The notes under the pieces are model-generated. The model made no database searches and was not told the origin of the DNA. It saw only the letters and a list, made by a program, of their open reading frames with translations. The translations under genes and the position numbers were made by a program. Below are positions 48,657 to 58,049 of a stretch of DNA of 64,000 nucleotides, in pieces; positions within the stretch are counted from its first letter, which is position 1; every line of letters starts with the position of its first letter. The DNA is from an uncultured Pseudomonadales bacterium (lineage in GTDB: Bacteria; Patescibacteriota; Microgenomatia; UBA1400; UBA1396), in NCBI GenBank assembly GCA_964511175.1, contig CAZEEI010000003.1, positions 13,716 to 77,715 on the forward strand, given 5' to 3'.

Positions 48657-50250
48657 AGAAGTAAAAAGCACCATAACCATCGGCTCGTTCAACCACGTAA
48701 GCTGGCACCCCCGCTATTCTTTCTGCTGGGCTGGTAACGATCACATCATAGTGGTTTAGATCATTTGGTTCAATTGAACCGAAAGTGACCTGGGGTACCA
48801 ACTGACTGCGGTAGACATTTGGCGGGATATCCAGCCCAAATCCGAAGAAAATCGCCGGCTGGCCATAGGCATCAGTGAACTTGATGTTTTTTCCGGCTTG
48901 ACGGTAGCGATCGGTTATTTGGACAGCCGGCAGATAACCCTGCATCCAGGCGGCACTAGCACTGGCTTGATAAGGTCCCTGGTAAAAACGCCAAAAATTA
49001 GCTAGTTCTAGACCGGAAAAAAGGATCAACATTCCAACTACCGAGGTGAAAATTAAGTGTTTTAAATCGTGGCGCAGTTCATCGATTGCGGTCACCATTA
49101 GCATAATGAAGGCTGGCAGTGATAGTATAGCCCGATTAGCGTGGGGCAGTTCGAACCCTAAAGCCGCCGGCAAAATACCAATGATAACCAACAATACCCA
49201 AAAGCAGGCTGGTATCGTCGCTGACTGCTCCCGACGTTGCCAAATCCGCTGCCACCAGGAAGCATTGGTTAAGCAGTCCAGTCCGTGGCCTAAAACATAG
49301 CTAACTCCGAGGATTACCAACAACATTTGGCTATAAGTCAGTACTCCCCACTGACTGGTACCATGACGCAGGGTATCGGTTTGTCCCCAGACTAAAAACT
49401 GAAAACTTAAGTGGACCAGCAGGCCATGTAAAACGGCGGCGAGGTTAGTCAGCAAACTGCCTCCCTGGCTAAAGATGAGAGTTTGCCCAGCACGAACCGC
49501 TCCCGAGCCGATGATGACGCTCATGGCTAAGGGCAGAGCGAGCATACCGGTAGGGATGGCGACCGCCGCTAAAGTTAAGCGATTATCCCGCCACCACTGA
49601 CGCGAGCGGTACCAACTGAAGCCAGCCATGAGTAACAAGGCCAAAGGAATGACAATTTTAGCCGAATGATAAGTGTATAACGCGCCTAGTGTACCCACTG
49701 CGCCTACTGCCAACCAGCGCCAATCGACTTTTTTCTGCTGGCTAATCTCAACCCAGCTCAGTAGTAGGAGTAGATAGAAAAATAAGGCCAGTCCAGACTC
49801 AAAAGCGACCCGGGAAAACAAAAGATGCCAAGGGGCAACTAGCAACAGCCAGCCGCTAAGCAAACCCAGCCAGCGGTGGTTAAAGTTACGGGCGCCTAGT
49901 CGGATCATTAAGCCCACACTCGCAATGCCAGCCAGCGCAAAAGGCAGGCGTACCACCCAAGGTTTGAGGCCGAGCAGCGTCGTAAAAAGTCCGGTCAAAT
50001 ACATAGCTAGCGGTGCTTTGTAATCGCCAAAAGATTGAAAAGTGAGCGGCAAAAAATGAGCGTACTCATCGCGGCGGGTGGTAATTACCATCTTACCAAT
50101 GTAACCCAACGCTGCCTCATCCCAGCTCATACCAGGGGGAGCGGCACCTAGCCGCCACAGCCGCGTGGCCGCGGCCAGAAACAAAACAAAACCAACCGCG
50201 CACCAGTAGTAACGATTGTCTTTGGAAAAGGCTTTTTGCCACCAACGCAT
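48643..50250 (-). CDS. GT-C (ArnT/GT39-like) glycosyltransferase
   Basis: PPGMSWDEAALGY, SFGDYKAP, FSRVAFE. Confidence 0.85.
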   Translation of the reverse strand: MRWWQKAFSKDNRYYWCAVGFVLFLAAATRLWRLGAAPPGMSWDEAALGYIGKMVITTRRDEYAHFLPLTFQSFGDYKAPLAMYLTGLFTTLLGLKPWVVRLPFALAGIASVGLMIRLGARNFNHRWLGLLSGWLLLVAPWHLLFSRVAFESGLALFFYLLLLLSWVEISQQKKVDWRWLAVGAVGTLGALYTYHSAKIVIPLALLLMAGFSWYRSRQWWRDNRLTLAAVAIPTGMLALPLAMSVIIGSGAVRAGQTLIFSQGGSLLTNLAAVLHGLLVHLSFQFLVWGQTDTLRHGTSQWGVLTYSQMLLVILGVSYVLGHGLDCLTNASWWQRIWQRREQSATIPACFWVLLVIIGILPAALGFELPHANRAILSLPAFIMLMVTAIDELRHDLKHLIFTSVVGMLILFSGLELANFWRFYQGPYQASASAAWMQGYLPAVQITDRYRQAGKNIKFTDAYGQPAIFFGFGLDIPPNVYRSQLVPQVTFGSIEPNDLNHYDVIVTSPAERIAGVPAYVVERADGYGAFYFYEKP

Positions 50251-50377
50251 GAGGCTATTGTGGCACAGAGACGGCAGAAAATAAACGTATCGCGGCGCGT
50301 GGTATAATACTAGCGTTTAGGCGAAGGCAGCGCTAACATAGGTGTCACTTGTAATTATCTGCCTTAGATAGGAATGT

Positions 50378-50686
50378 ATGAGTAAAAGACCAGCGACTAC
50401 AAGGGAGAAGGCTGCGAGGTCGCTGCCAGAGACAGCCACGATTGCTGTTATGCAATCCTTTTTACGACAGGAATCAGACGCTCGCGATCAAAATTCGTTA
50501 GCAGCGATTCGGACGTTAGTCGCTAAGATAAAAACAATGACCGGTTTGCGCAATGTGATCTTTGCTTGCAAATTAGGCGCTATTGATTTGAGTACCAGAG
50601 ATGGGCAAAGGAGACAGTGGCTGTTGGATATAGTGCAATCAGCTATCACTACTTTAATTGAAAAAGAAAAGCAACAAACGCGTTAA
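50378..50686 (+). CDS. Hypothetical protein, paralog of 51274..51816
   Basis: Shares M.SFLR...F..[KR]LG...A.T.LI pattern and the upstream TAGATAGGA..ATGTATG leader. Confidence 0.6.
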   Translation: MSKRPATTREKAARSLPETATIAVMQSFLRQESDARDQNSLAAIRTLVAKIKTMTGLRNVIFACKLGAIDLSTRDGQRRQWLLDIVQSAITTLIEKEKQQTR

Positions 50687-51141
50687 CGCACTGTCTGGTA
50701 GTCTTCGAATTCAGGCCAAGGGTTGGATCCATCGGACACAAATCGTTGGGTTTTAACATCATAGTGGTAGTACAGCACGTAGGACTCCCCTCGGAGATCA
50801 ACTATTGTTGTGAAAAAAATGTCCCTCCCCCATTCGGTTGCCAATTTAACAATGGTGGGTATTAATTCTCCAGCCGGTGTTATGGAGAGAGGATCACAAA
50901 CAAAAGCTGTTTCTACGGATGAACCGTCTTCAACACGTGAATGGCAGCCGTCGTCAGTTTCCTTAGCCTTGCTCCCACTTTTGTCTCCGCCTTTATTACG
51001 CCTAGAAGCATTGTCTGCGATTATCGCATCAATGGACATCGCATTAATATAGTACTGCCGAGCTTCGGCATGTTTACCCCTATTGGTTAATATATCGCCC
51101 ATCAACGTACGAAGCGCACTCTCAAGACGTAAATTACTCAT
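50683..51141 (-). CDS. Hypothetical protein
   Basis: 152-aa ORF with AAGGAAAGG RBS before ATG 51141. Confidence 0.55.
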   Translation of the reverse strand: MSNLRLESALRTLMGDILTNRGKHAEARQYYINAMSIDAIIADNASRRNKGGDKSGSKAKETDDGCHSRVEDGSSVETAFVCDPLSITPAGELIPTIVKLATEWGRDIFFTTIVDLRGESYVLYYHYDVKTQRFVSDGSNPWPEFEDYQTVR

Positions 51142-51273
51142 ACAAAACACCTTTCCTTAGTAGATGCTAGCGATTATTGGGCAGTATACAACATGAGGTA
51201 AAAATTACCAAGTAATTTGTTAATTGAGTGCTATGTTACAATGATAGCCAACTTGTCCTAGATAGGAGAATGT

Positions 51274-51816
51274 ATGTTGGGTGATAGTCGAGAGGTGGAG
51301 TGCGCAGCAGGAACGGTATCCCAAGCAGAAACCAAAATTTCGCAGGAGGCGCTACAGGCTTTTGGTGCGATGGAGTCTTTTTTAAGGTCTAACTCCGAGA
51401 CTATGTTAGAGAAAGAAGAAGTTAAGGCCGCCATCGATGCGGTGCCGGTTTTGGGAGAGTTGCAGACCCTGCTTTTTCATTTTCGTTTAGGCTCGTATAG
51501 TTCTGAGACGATGTTGCAATGCAAACTTAACTACTTGAGTCAGGTGGTTAATGAAGCCATGACTCAATTAATTAACCAAAGGAATGCAGATCAAGAACGA
51601 TTAGAAGGTATGATTGTTGCTGCTCAGAGGGATAGCACCGCGGACATGGACTTGATTTTGCCAGGGATAAGGGCAGTGGCAGCGCGACTAGATCTTGATG
51701 GACTAGAGAGTGCCTATAACCGCTTTCGTACTTGGTCTGGCAATAGTCGATTCGAGCGTGCCTTCTCAATTCTTAAGGAAACCTTAGAGGCGAGAAAAAG
51801 TGTGCCTGTTCGATAG
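51274..51816 (+). CDS. Hypothetical protein, paralog of 50378..50686 with C-terminal extension
   Basis: AGGAG RBS; similarity to the 50378 ORF. Confidence 0.65.
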   Translation: MLGDSREVECAAGTVSQAETKISQEALQAFGAMESFLRSNSETMLEKEEVKAAIDAVPVLGELQTLLFHFRLGSYSSETMLQCKLNYLSQVVNEAMTQLINQRNADQERLEGMIVAAQRDSTADMDLILPGIRAVAARLDLDGLESAYNRFRTWSGNSRFERAFSILKETLEARKSVPVR

Positions 51817-51836
51817 TAGTAAATTATTTTGCTAAA

Positions 51837-52784
51837 TTAAGACTGAGCCAGCACTTGTCGGTCGGTAAGCTGCCAGAGCTGGTTAACTTGGTGACGTCGC
51901 CTTAAAAGTAAAGGTAATTGTTTTGTTGCCCGAATAAAACCAGCTAGCACTGTCCCCTTGGTTCGCCAGTTAGTGATCGTTAAATGGTACGGCAGCCACA
52001 GTAAGTGTTGGATCAATAGCGATTGGTCGGTAATATTTTTCCAAACGATTAGAAACTGGTTTTTACAACTGACAATTTCAGTCTGACGCTGGCCAAATAC
52101 CGTAATGTTAGTGGTTTCGTGCTGGTGAAGTACTAGAGCAGCTGGTTCAAAGGCGATTTTCCAGCCGTGTTTGAGCGCGCGGTAGGACAGATCACGATCT
52201 TCCTGGTAGGCCGGATAAAACAAGGTATCCATCCCACCGATAGCTAAAAACTTGGCGCGGTCGACCATCATACTGCCGCCGGTGGTCCAAAGGGTATCGT
52301 GTTTAGTTTGATCCGGGTCGTACCAGTGGACTAAAAGACCGCGCCGGAAACCACCCGTGCCACGACCGGATACTTTGGCGCCTGGTTTGTCTTGGTCTAC
52401 TTCGGCACAACCCACCGCAAACATCAGTGGATCGCTGAACCACGCTAGGAGTGTGGCAACAATATCTTTGGTCAGCGGCGAAACGTCATTGTTGAGCAAA
52501 AAAATGAACGGGTGTTGCGCCGCTTTTATGCCAGTATTGACAGCGGCGGCAAAACGCTGATTGGAGTGATGCTGCGCTAAGGTTAAGTCGATGCCCTTAG
52601 TTTGGTAGCGTGGTGCCAGAGTGCGTACCCAGTTGGCGGTGTCATCGGTTGAAGCGTCATCGACAATGACGATTTCATCACCGGCGCGTAAAACCTTAGC
52701 TACCTCCGGCAAATGCTTGGCCAACAGAAGGCGGGCGTTGTAGGTGGGGATGACAACTGAGACCGGGACAGGCGCGCGCGGCAT
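51837..52784 (-). CDS. Glycosyltransferase family 2
   Basis: SVVIPTYN, VDDASTD, LLNND, EDRDLSYRA. Confidence 0.92.
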   Translation of the reverse strand: MPRAPVPVSVVIPTYNARLLLAKHLPEVAKVLRAGDEIVIVDDASTDDTANWVRTLAPRYQTKGIDLTLAQHHSNQRFAAAVNTGIKAAQHPFIFLLNNDVSPLTKDIVATLLAWFSDPLMFAVGCAEVDQDKPGAKVSGRGTGGFRRGLLVHWYDPDQTKHDTLWTTGGSMMVDRAKFLAIGGMDTLFYPAYQEDRDLSYRALKHGWKIAFEPAALVLHQHETTNITVFGQRQTEIVSCKNQFLIVWKNITDQSLLIQHLLWLPYHLTITNWRTKGTVLAGFIRATKQLPLLLRRRHQVNQLWQLTDRQVLAQS

Positions 52785-53905
52785 TAAACCTCCAGCATTT
52801 GGTCGATAGTTTGGCAGAATCGTTCTAAGGAAAAAGTCGCCGCTTTGGTCCGCGCCGCGCGCGCCAGCTCAGTATGTGCTTTAACGCCCTGGCGCAGAAT
52901 GTGGTTAGTTAATTCGTCTAACTGAGCGGTGGTGGCAAAACGGAAACCGTTAACACCATGGTCAACACTTTCCTTGAGGCCACCGCGGTCAACTACTAAG
53001 GGAATGCAGCCGTGCGCCATGGCTTCAATCGTACTCATGCCAAAGTGCTCCACGCGCTGGGGTTCTTGTTCTTCATCGATCTGGTAGCCGGCGGCGTGCC
53101 AAAAGAGCAAACTTTCGTCGTAAAGACGGTGCAGTCGCTCGTAGGATATGTCGTGGTAGAACTTGACCGGATAGTGTCCCACTTTTTGTTTGAGGCGGCG
53201 GACGAAATCACTATGGATACTGCCTGGTTCTACTCCGCCTACTAAAACGAGGGAAAGTTTTTTCCGGCTCCAGTTGTATTTTTCGTAGCCAGTGAGAAAA
53301 GCTTCCAGGAGAATATCCTGGCGCTTGGCGTGGACATCGGTATGCTCCGGGTCAAAGAAGCGACCCACCGCAATAATCTGGTTTTTCTTTTTGGTTAAAT
53401 CGGGGAAGGGCAAATGGCTGGTATCGACGTAAGGATAATGAATAAAAGGAATGTCGATTTGCCAAGATTCCTGTACCGCCCGTTGGGTAAAAGCAGAATT
53501 GGCGTTGCGAACTTGCCAAGACATTAGTTTTTGGCGGGCGAACCAGCCGCGGTGCTGGTTACGGAACGGGATCTGAATGTGTAAAACATTTTTAGGAGCG
53601 CCGGCCCAAAATAGACTACCATCAGTGGCGTACCAAAAAACATCGTAATGTCGTGTTTCTTGCCAGTGGGTAAGCGGGTTACCGCGACCGGAGGCCAACG
53701 GTGAGGGTCGCCACTGGACGCGTGACAAATCAAGGGCAAATAAGCGTTCGTATTCTCGCGCCCGACCATCAATATCTTTGACCGTATGGGGAATTAAAAT
53801 ACTAACTTGATGATTTTGGGATAAATACCAAGCCGTAGTGAGGAGATGTTTTTCGCCGCCGCCCGCGTGCTTAGGTAAATAAGGAGAATAAATACCAATC
53901 TTCAT
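52784..53905 (-). CDS. Glycosyltransferase family 4
   Basis: MKIGIYSPYL...GGGE, EHFGMSTIEAMAHG; start moved to ATG 53905. Confidence 0.9.
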   Translation of the reverse strand: MKIGIYSPYLPKHAGGGEKHLLTTAWYLSQNHQVSILIPHTVKDIDGRAREYERLFALDLSRVQWRPSPLASGRGNPLTHWQETRHYDVFWYATDGSLFWAGAPKNVLHIQIPFRNQHRGWFARQKLMSWQVRNANSAFTQRAVQESWQIDIPFIHYPYVDTSHLPFPDLTKKKNQIIAVGRFFDPEHTDVHAKRQDILLEAFLTGYEKYNWSRKKLSLVLVGGVEPGSIHSDFVRRLKQKVGHYPVKFYHDISYERLHRLYDESLLFWHAAGYQIDEEQEPQRVEHFGMSTIEAMAHGCIPLVVDRGGLKESVDHGVNGFRFATTAQLDELTNHILRQGVKAHTELARAARTKAATFSLERFCQTIDQMLEV

Positions 53906-54747
53906 GATGCCCGCCACTGCTTCTGGATTTCTTCCTCGATTCGTTCGTAACGTTTTGGGAGCGGCGGCTTTTGTTGCAACTCCCAGAGCCGAACGTAAAC
54001 TAAAAAGCGGTTCATGGTTTGAATCATGGCTTCGATCAAACCTTCGGCGCCATCTTTCCAAGCCAACTGCCAGCCTACCCGCTTACCAAAATCAAAGACC
54101 ACTATTTTGATCAGACGCAGTGGTCCGACGCGTGGGTGATTAGCATCCAGTAGAAGTTGAGCTTCGGTATCAGTCCACTCAATCGATTTGCGCAGGCCGT
54201 CGAATAAACTGCGGTGGGTTAAATGGACGAGCGGTTCCTCGATCGCGCCCAGCCGACCCACGATTTCCGCGTGTTCGTGCACATCACCGACCCAATTTTT
54301 CAGACGATCGCGCCGCATTAGGCGCAGCAGAGCATCATTTTCCCAGCCACCGTGTTGCATCCAGCGGCCGTAGTGGATATTGTTGCGCTTGAGAGTGTAG
54401 GCGTCAAAGTCAGGCCGGCGGATCCGGCTTTGAATGGCTTTAGCCAGCGCCGGCGTCACCCGTTCGTCAGCATCAATGTAGAGTAGCCAGTCGCCCGTAG
54501 CATGTTGAGCGGCCTCATTCCGCCAGGCCGAAAAATTTTTACCAGTAGCCTGCACCACCGTGGCGCCTGCCCGACGGGCAATACCTTTAGTGCGATCGGT
54601 AGAGCCGGTATCCAACAAAATAATCTCATTGGCCCAGCGCAAAGTTTCCAAGCAATTAACAATCATCATCTCTTCATTTTTCGCAATGACGATCGCGGTC
54701 AACTGGGGGTTTAATTCAGTCGGTGTGGTAGTAAGCGCATTTGCCAT
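53902..54747 (-). CDS. Glycosyltransferase family 2 (beta-1,4-glucosyltransferase-like)
   Basis: IVIAKNEE, DTGSTD, IDADE, VHE. Confidence 0.9.
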   Translation of the reverse strand: MANALTTTPTELNPQLTAIVIAKNEEMMIVNCLETLRWANEIILLDTGSTDRTKGIARRAGATVVQATGKNFSAWRNEAAQHATGDWLLYIDADERVTPALAKAIQSRIRRPDFDAYTLKRNNIHYGRWMQHGGWENDALLRLMRRDRLKNWVGDVHEHAEIVGRLGAIEEPLVHLTHRSLFDGLRKSIEWTDTEAQLLLDANHPRVGPLRLIKIVVFDFGKRVGWQLAWKDGAEGLIEAMIQTMNRFLVYVRLWELQQKPPLPKRYERIEEEIQKQWRAS

Positions 54748-55636
54748 AGTGGTCACCAATGACGTCTAGTATAGCGCGTCGCACCGCCTGGTTGCCAGAG
54801 CGGTACTGCTGCACTAATTGTTTGAGTAGAAACAACTTAGTACGCCAAGGCGCATAAGTAAAGCCCAAACGGTAACGGTTACGGGTTTGATAGTACTGGT
54901 GCAGAGTTGAGCCAGCGCCGGAAGAGCCGGCGTTGTCGTGCCAGACTACTGCTTCTGGTTGGTAGATTGTTTGGTATCCTGCCCGCTGGAGGCGTAGCGA
55001 CAGCTCAACATCTTCCCAGTATAAAAAGTATTTTTCATCGAAGCCGCCTAACTTGGCTAACAAATGGGGACGTAGGGCAACACAACAGCCGGTGACAAAA
55101 GGAGTTGGTTCAAGCTCATCATATTGGCCACGATCGATCTCATCGACGGCGCGGTGAAAAGTATACATTTCCGGCCAATCGATGGCGCCGCCGCCGTACC
55201 AAAACACCTGGCCTTTTTCTGCCGTCTGGTAACCAGATTGAAATTCGCGGCCAGCGGTAAAATAAATTTTGGGTACTACGGCACCGCATAGCGGCCGCGC
55301 GTGGAGGGTATGGTGCAGAGTAGCGATCGCCGTCGGCTCAACTGTAGCGTCGTCGTTAAGCAAAACAATGGTATCAGGGTCCAAGTTATTCCGCGCAAAC
55401 TGGATGCCGGCATTATTACCGCCAGTAAAACCCAGATTTTGTTCAGTGCGGATTACCGTTAGCCAATCGGCAAATTCGGTGAGCAGAACTTCGGCCGATT
55501 CTGCCGCAGCATTATCGACCACAATAGGCGAAATGTTGAGGTCGCCTTTACTTCGGCGCAAAGACTGTAGGCAAGTACGCACATTAGGTAGCGAACGATA
55601 ATGAATAATAATGACAGCAACGTGGTTATTGGTCAT
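54716..55636 (-). CDS. Glycosyltransferase family 2 (rhamnosyltransferase-like)
   Basis: VDNA, NLGFTGGNN, LLNDD, YFLYWEDVELSLR. Confidence 0.9.
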   Translation of the reverse strand: MTNNHVAVIIIHYRSLPNVRTCLQSLRRSKGDLNISPIVVDNAAAESAEVLLTEFADWLTVIRTEQNLGFTGGNNAGIQFARNNLDPDTIVLLNDDATVEPTAIATLHHTLHARPLCGAVVPKIYFTAGREFQSGYQTAEKGQVFWYGGGAIDWPEMYTFHRAVDEIDRGQYDELEPTPFVTGCCVALRPHLLAKLGGFDEKYFLYWEDVELSLRLQRAGYQTIYQPEAVVWHDNAGSSGAGSTLHQYYQTRNRYRLGFTYAPWRTKLFLLKQLVQQYRSGNQAVRRAILDVIGDHYGKCAYYHTD

Positions 55637-56529
55637 TGGTTAAAGATTTGCTTGATTTTAGCCAGCCACCGTCGCAAGCCACTTGATTGTTCGTACTCTC
55701 GTTTGGCTTCCCACCAACGGGCGTCGCGGGCATATTTTTGGAGAATGGCGGATAGTTTGGGCGGTTCATTTTTATCGGCAAAACCACGGTGTTCCCAACT
55801 TTGAGCCACTTCCATGACGCTGGTACATCCTTGCAGGATACTAAGGAATTCGCCGTGGCGGCCATCTTGACAGCCAGACTGGGCGTAATAACGGTTGAGT
55901 AACTCGGTAAAAAATGCCCCTAATGGATCAAGATCTTTGTCCGCCGCCGTAGCATTTTGCGCCGCCACAATCGCCGCGTAGCGTTGGGCTCGGTCCCAAT
56001 ATTCGTCTATGCCATTGTAGTTGTAATGGATAATGGCCACTTTTTCGTCTGGCGGTAAGTAAATAGCTTTACCGCTCACTTTTGGCACGCTATGGATTTG
56101 TGGCAACCAGGTTACTGCGTCACGCCGAAACAGGCGCAGTTGGTAATCCGGCCACCAGCCGGTGTGCATGAATTTGCCAAAGATAATATTTTGGCGAGGT
56201 AGAAAATAAGCATCAGCTTCCGGATCGCTGATCAACTTAATCAGTTGATCCCGTAATTGTTCGGACAGAATTTCGTCCGCATCTAGAATTAAAATCCAGT
56301 CACCGCTGGCCGCGGCAATAGCAGCGTTACGTGCCGGTTCCACATAACCCACATCGTCATGAAAAAACACCCGCGCGTCAAACATTGCCGCCACGTCAGT
56401 AGTGGCGTCGGTGCTGTGCATATCCATCACCACAATTTCGTCAACCACTTCTTTAGCGCTGTGCAAGCACCGCTCCAGAGTTCCGGCGGCGTTTTTGGTA
56501 TTAACTACTAGACTTAAATTTGGTTTCAT
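55633..56529 (-). CDS. Glycosyltransferase family 2
   Basis: DMHSTD, ARNAA, LDADE, WWPDYQLRLF. Confidence 0.9.
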   Translation of the reverse strand: MKPNLSLVVNTKNAAGTLERCLHSAKEVVDEIVVMDMHSTDATTDVAAMFDARVFFHDDVGYVEPARNAAIAAASGDWILILDADEILSEQLRDQLIKLISDPEADAYFLPRQNIIFGKFMHTGWWPDYQLRLFRRDAVTWLPQIHSVPKVSGKAIYLPPDEKVAIIHYNYNGIDEYWDRAQRYAAIVAAQNATAADKDLDPLGAFFTELLNRYYAQSGCQDGRHGEFLSILQGCTSVMEVAQSWEHRGFADKNEPPKLSAILQKYARDARWWEAKREYEQSSGLRRWLAKIKQIFNQ

Positions 56530-58049
56530 CGCCATATTCCTAAAGATTGTAGTTCGCTTTTGAGGCTCTTCCAGCCTACCAAAAGAAAGGCCAGTGTGTA
56601 TACACCACTAGTCAATAACATACCGCTGCCTAAGTATAGGAAAGATCGCGACCAAAAGCTCCAGCCGATTAGCCCCACGGCAATCATGGCACTAGTGGCC
56701 GCCAATTGCCGCCAAATTGCTGGCCAGACGCGAAAGGGTACAACTTGGCGTAGCAGATAAATCGTGGCTACCGAAGAAAAGCCAATCAAAGCGGAAGCAA
56801 CGGCCACGCCATTAAAGCCAATCAACCAAACTGCTATGGGGGAAATAGTCCAAGTGAGCACGGTCCACATAATCATCAACTTCAACGTTTTATTGATTTC
56901 ACCGATGGCATTGAGCGTGTTGGTGAGCGGTGTGGAAATGGATCCCCAAGCGATATTGACGGCAAAGAAAACAAACGACCAAACTGCCGGCGTCCATTTG
57001 GTGTATTGCGGGACGAGCTGGAGAATCGGGAAAAGGAAAAGTGACATGCCGGCCAAAAGCGGCAGGATCAGCAAGGTGATAAAGTATAGCGTTTTATGCA
57101 AAGCCCGCGCTAGTCGCTCCTTGTCATGTTGAAGGCGAGCGAAGGTGGGAAAAGTAACGGCCATGACGTTGTTAACGCTAAATTGTTGTGGAAAAGTCAC
57201 CCACCGCCGTGCCCACGCGATATAGCCCAACTGGTTGAGCGGCAGGAAGGAACCCAGCACGACGATAAATAAGTCGTCTTTAATTCGAGCCAATAGATCA
57301 TTGAGTTGGAACTTAGCCCCAAAGCGCAGCAGGTGACGAAACGCTGACCAGTCGAAACCAAAACCAAAGGGCCAGCGCTTAATGGCGTACATAGTTATTA
57401 CGCCCGCCAGTCCCCGCAACACTACGGCGACGGTGTAGCTAGTGATACCCCAACCTTGCCAAGCCAGGATAATCGTGGTGCCGTGGAAAATAGTGTTCTC
57501 CACAATGCCGGGGATAACGATCTGGTCAAAACGCAACTCACGTTCCAGTAGAATCGAAGGAATAGTTTTAAGAGAAGCCAAAAAGAACGAGCTGGCTAGG
57601 GCGTACAACAGAGCCAATTCGGCAGTGCCAAAACCACGACCCCTCCAATAGGGAGTCAGGGCTACCAAAATACCGGCAATCACCAGCGACAAAACTTGTT
57701 GGACGGTGAAAGTGGTGCGCATTTCCGGCACAGTAGGCGATTCTTTCTTTTGTACCAGCGAGGCAGCCAGACCGATATCGGACAAAAAAGTAAAAAGACC
57801 GATTACGGCCGTAACCAGGTAGTAGACACCAAATTCGGCTTCGGTTAGGAAAGCACTTAGTACGGCCGCGGCAACCAAGGCCATGCCATATAACCAAAAG
57901 GAACGGATCGAGTAACTAAGTACCCCTTTTACCGAACGCTGTTTGACTTGCTGCAGCGATTCGGTGGTAATTTCCGCCAATTCCGCTTCATTATCTGTTT
58001 CGCGGTTAGAGATAATATTTTTAAGAGTAGTTTCAGTGAGTGGTTTCAT
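56526..58049 (-). CDS. wzx: Wzx-type oligosaccharide flippase
   Basis: About 12-14 TMs, L...EFG.Y, SDIGL..SLVQ, FP.FARLQ. Confidence 0.85.
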   Translation of the reverse strand: MKPLTETTLKNIISNRETDNEAELAEITTESLQQVKQRSVKGVLSYSIRSFWLYGMALVAAAVLSAFLTEAEFGVYYLVTAVIGLFTFLSDIGLAASLVQKKESPTVPEMRTTFTVQQVLSLVIAGILVALTPYWRGRGFGTAELALLYALASSFFLASLKTIPSILLERELRFDQIVIPGIVENTIFHGTTIILAWQGWGITSYTVAVVLRGLAGVITMYAIKRWPFGFGFDWSAFRHLLRFGAKFQLNDLLARIKDDLFIVVLGSFLPLNQLGYIAWARRWVTFPQQFSVNNVMAVTFPTFARLQHDKERLARALHKTLYFITLLILPLLAGMSLFLFPILQLVPQYTKWTPAVWSFVFFAVNIAWGSISTPLTNTLNAIGEINKTLKLMIMWTVLTWTISPIAVWLIGFNGVAVASALIGFSSVATIYLLRQVVPFRVWPAIWRQLAATSAMIAVGLIGWSFWSRSFLYLGSGMLLTSGVYTLAFLLVGWKSLKSELQSLGIWR

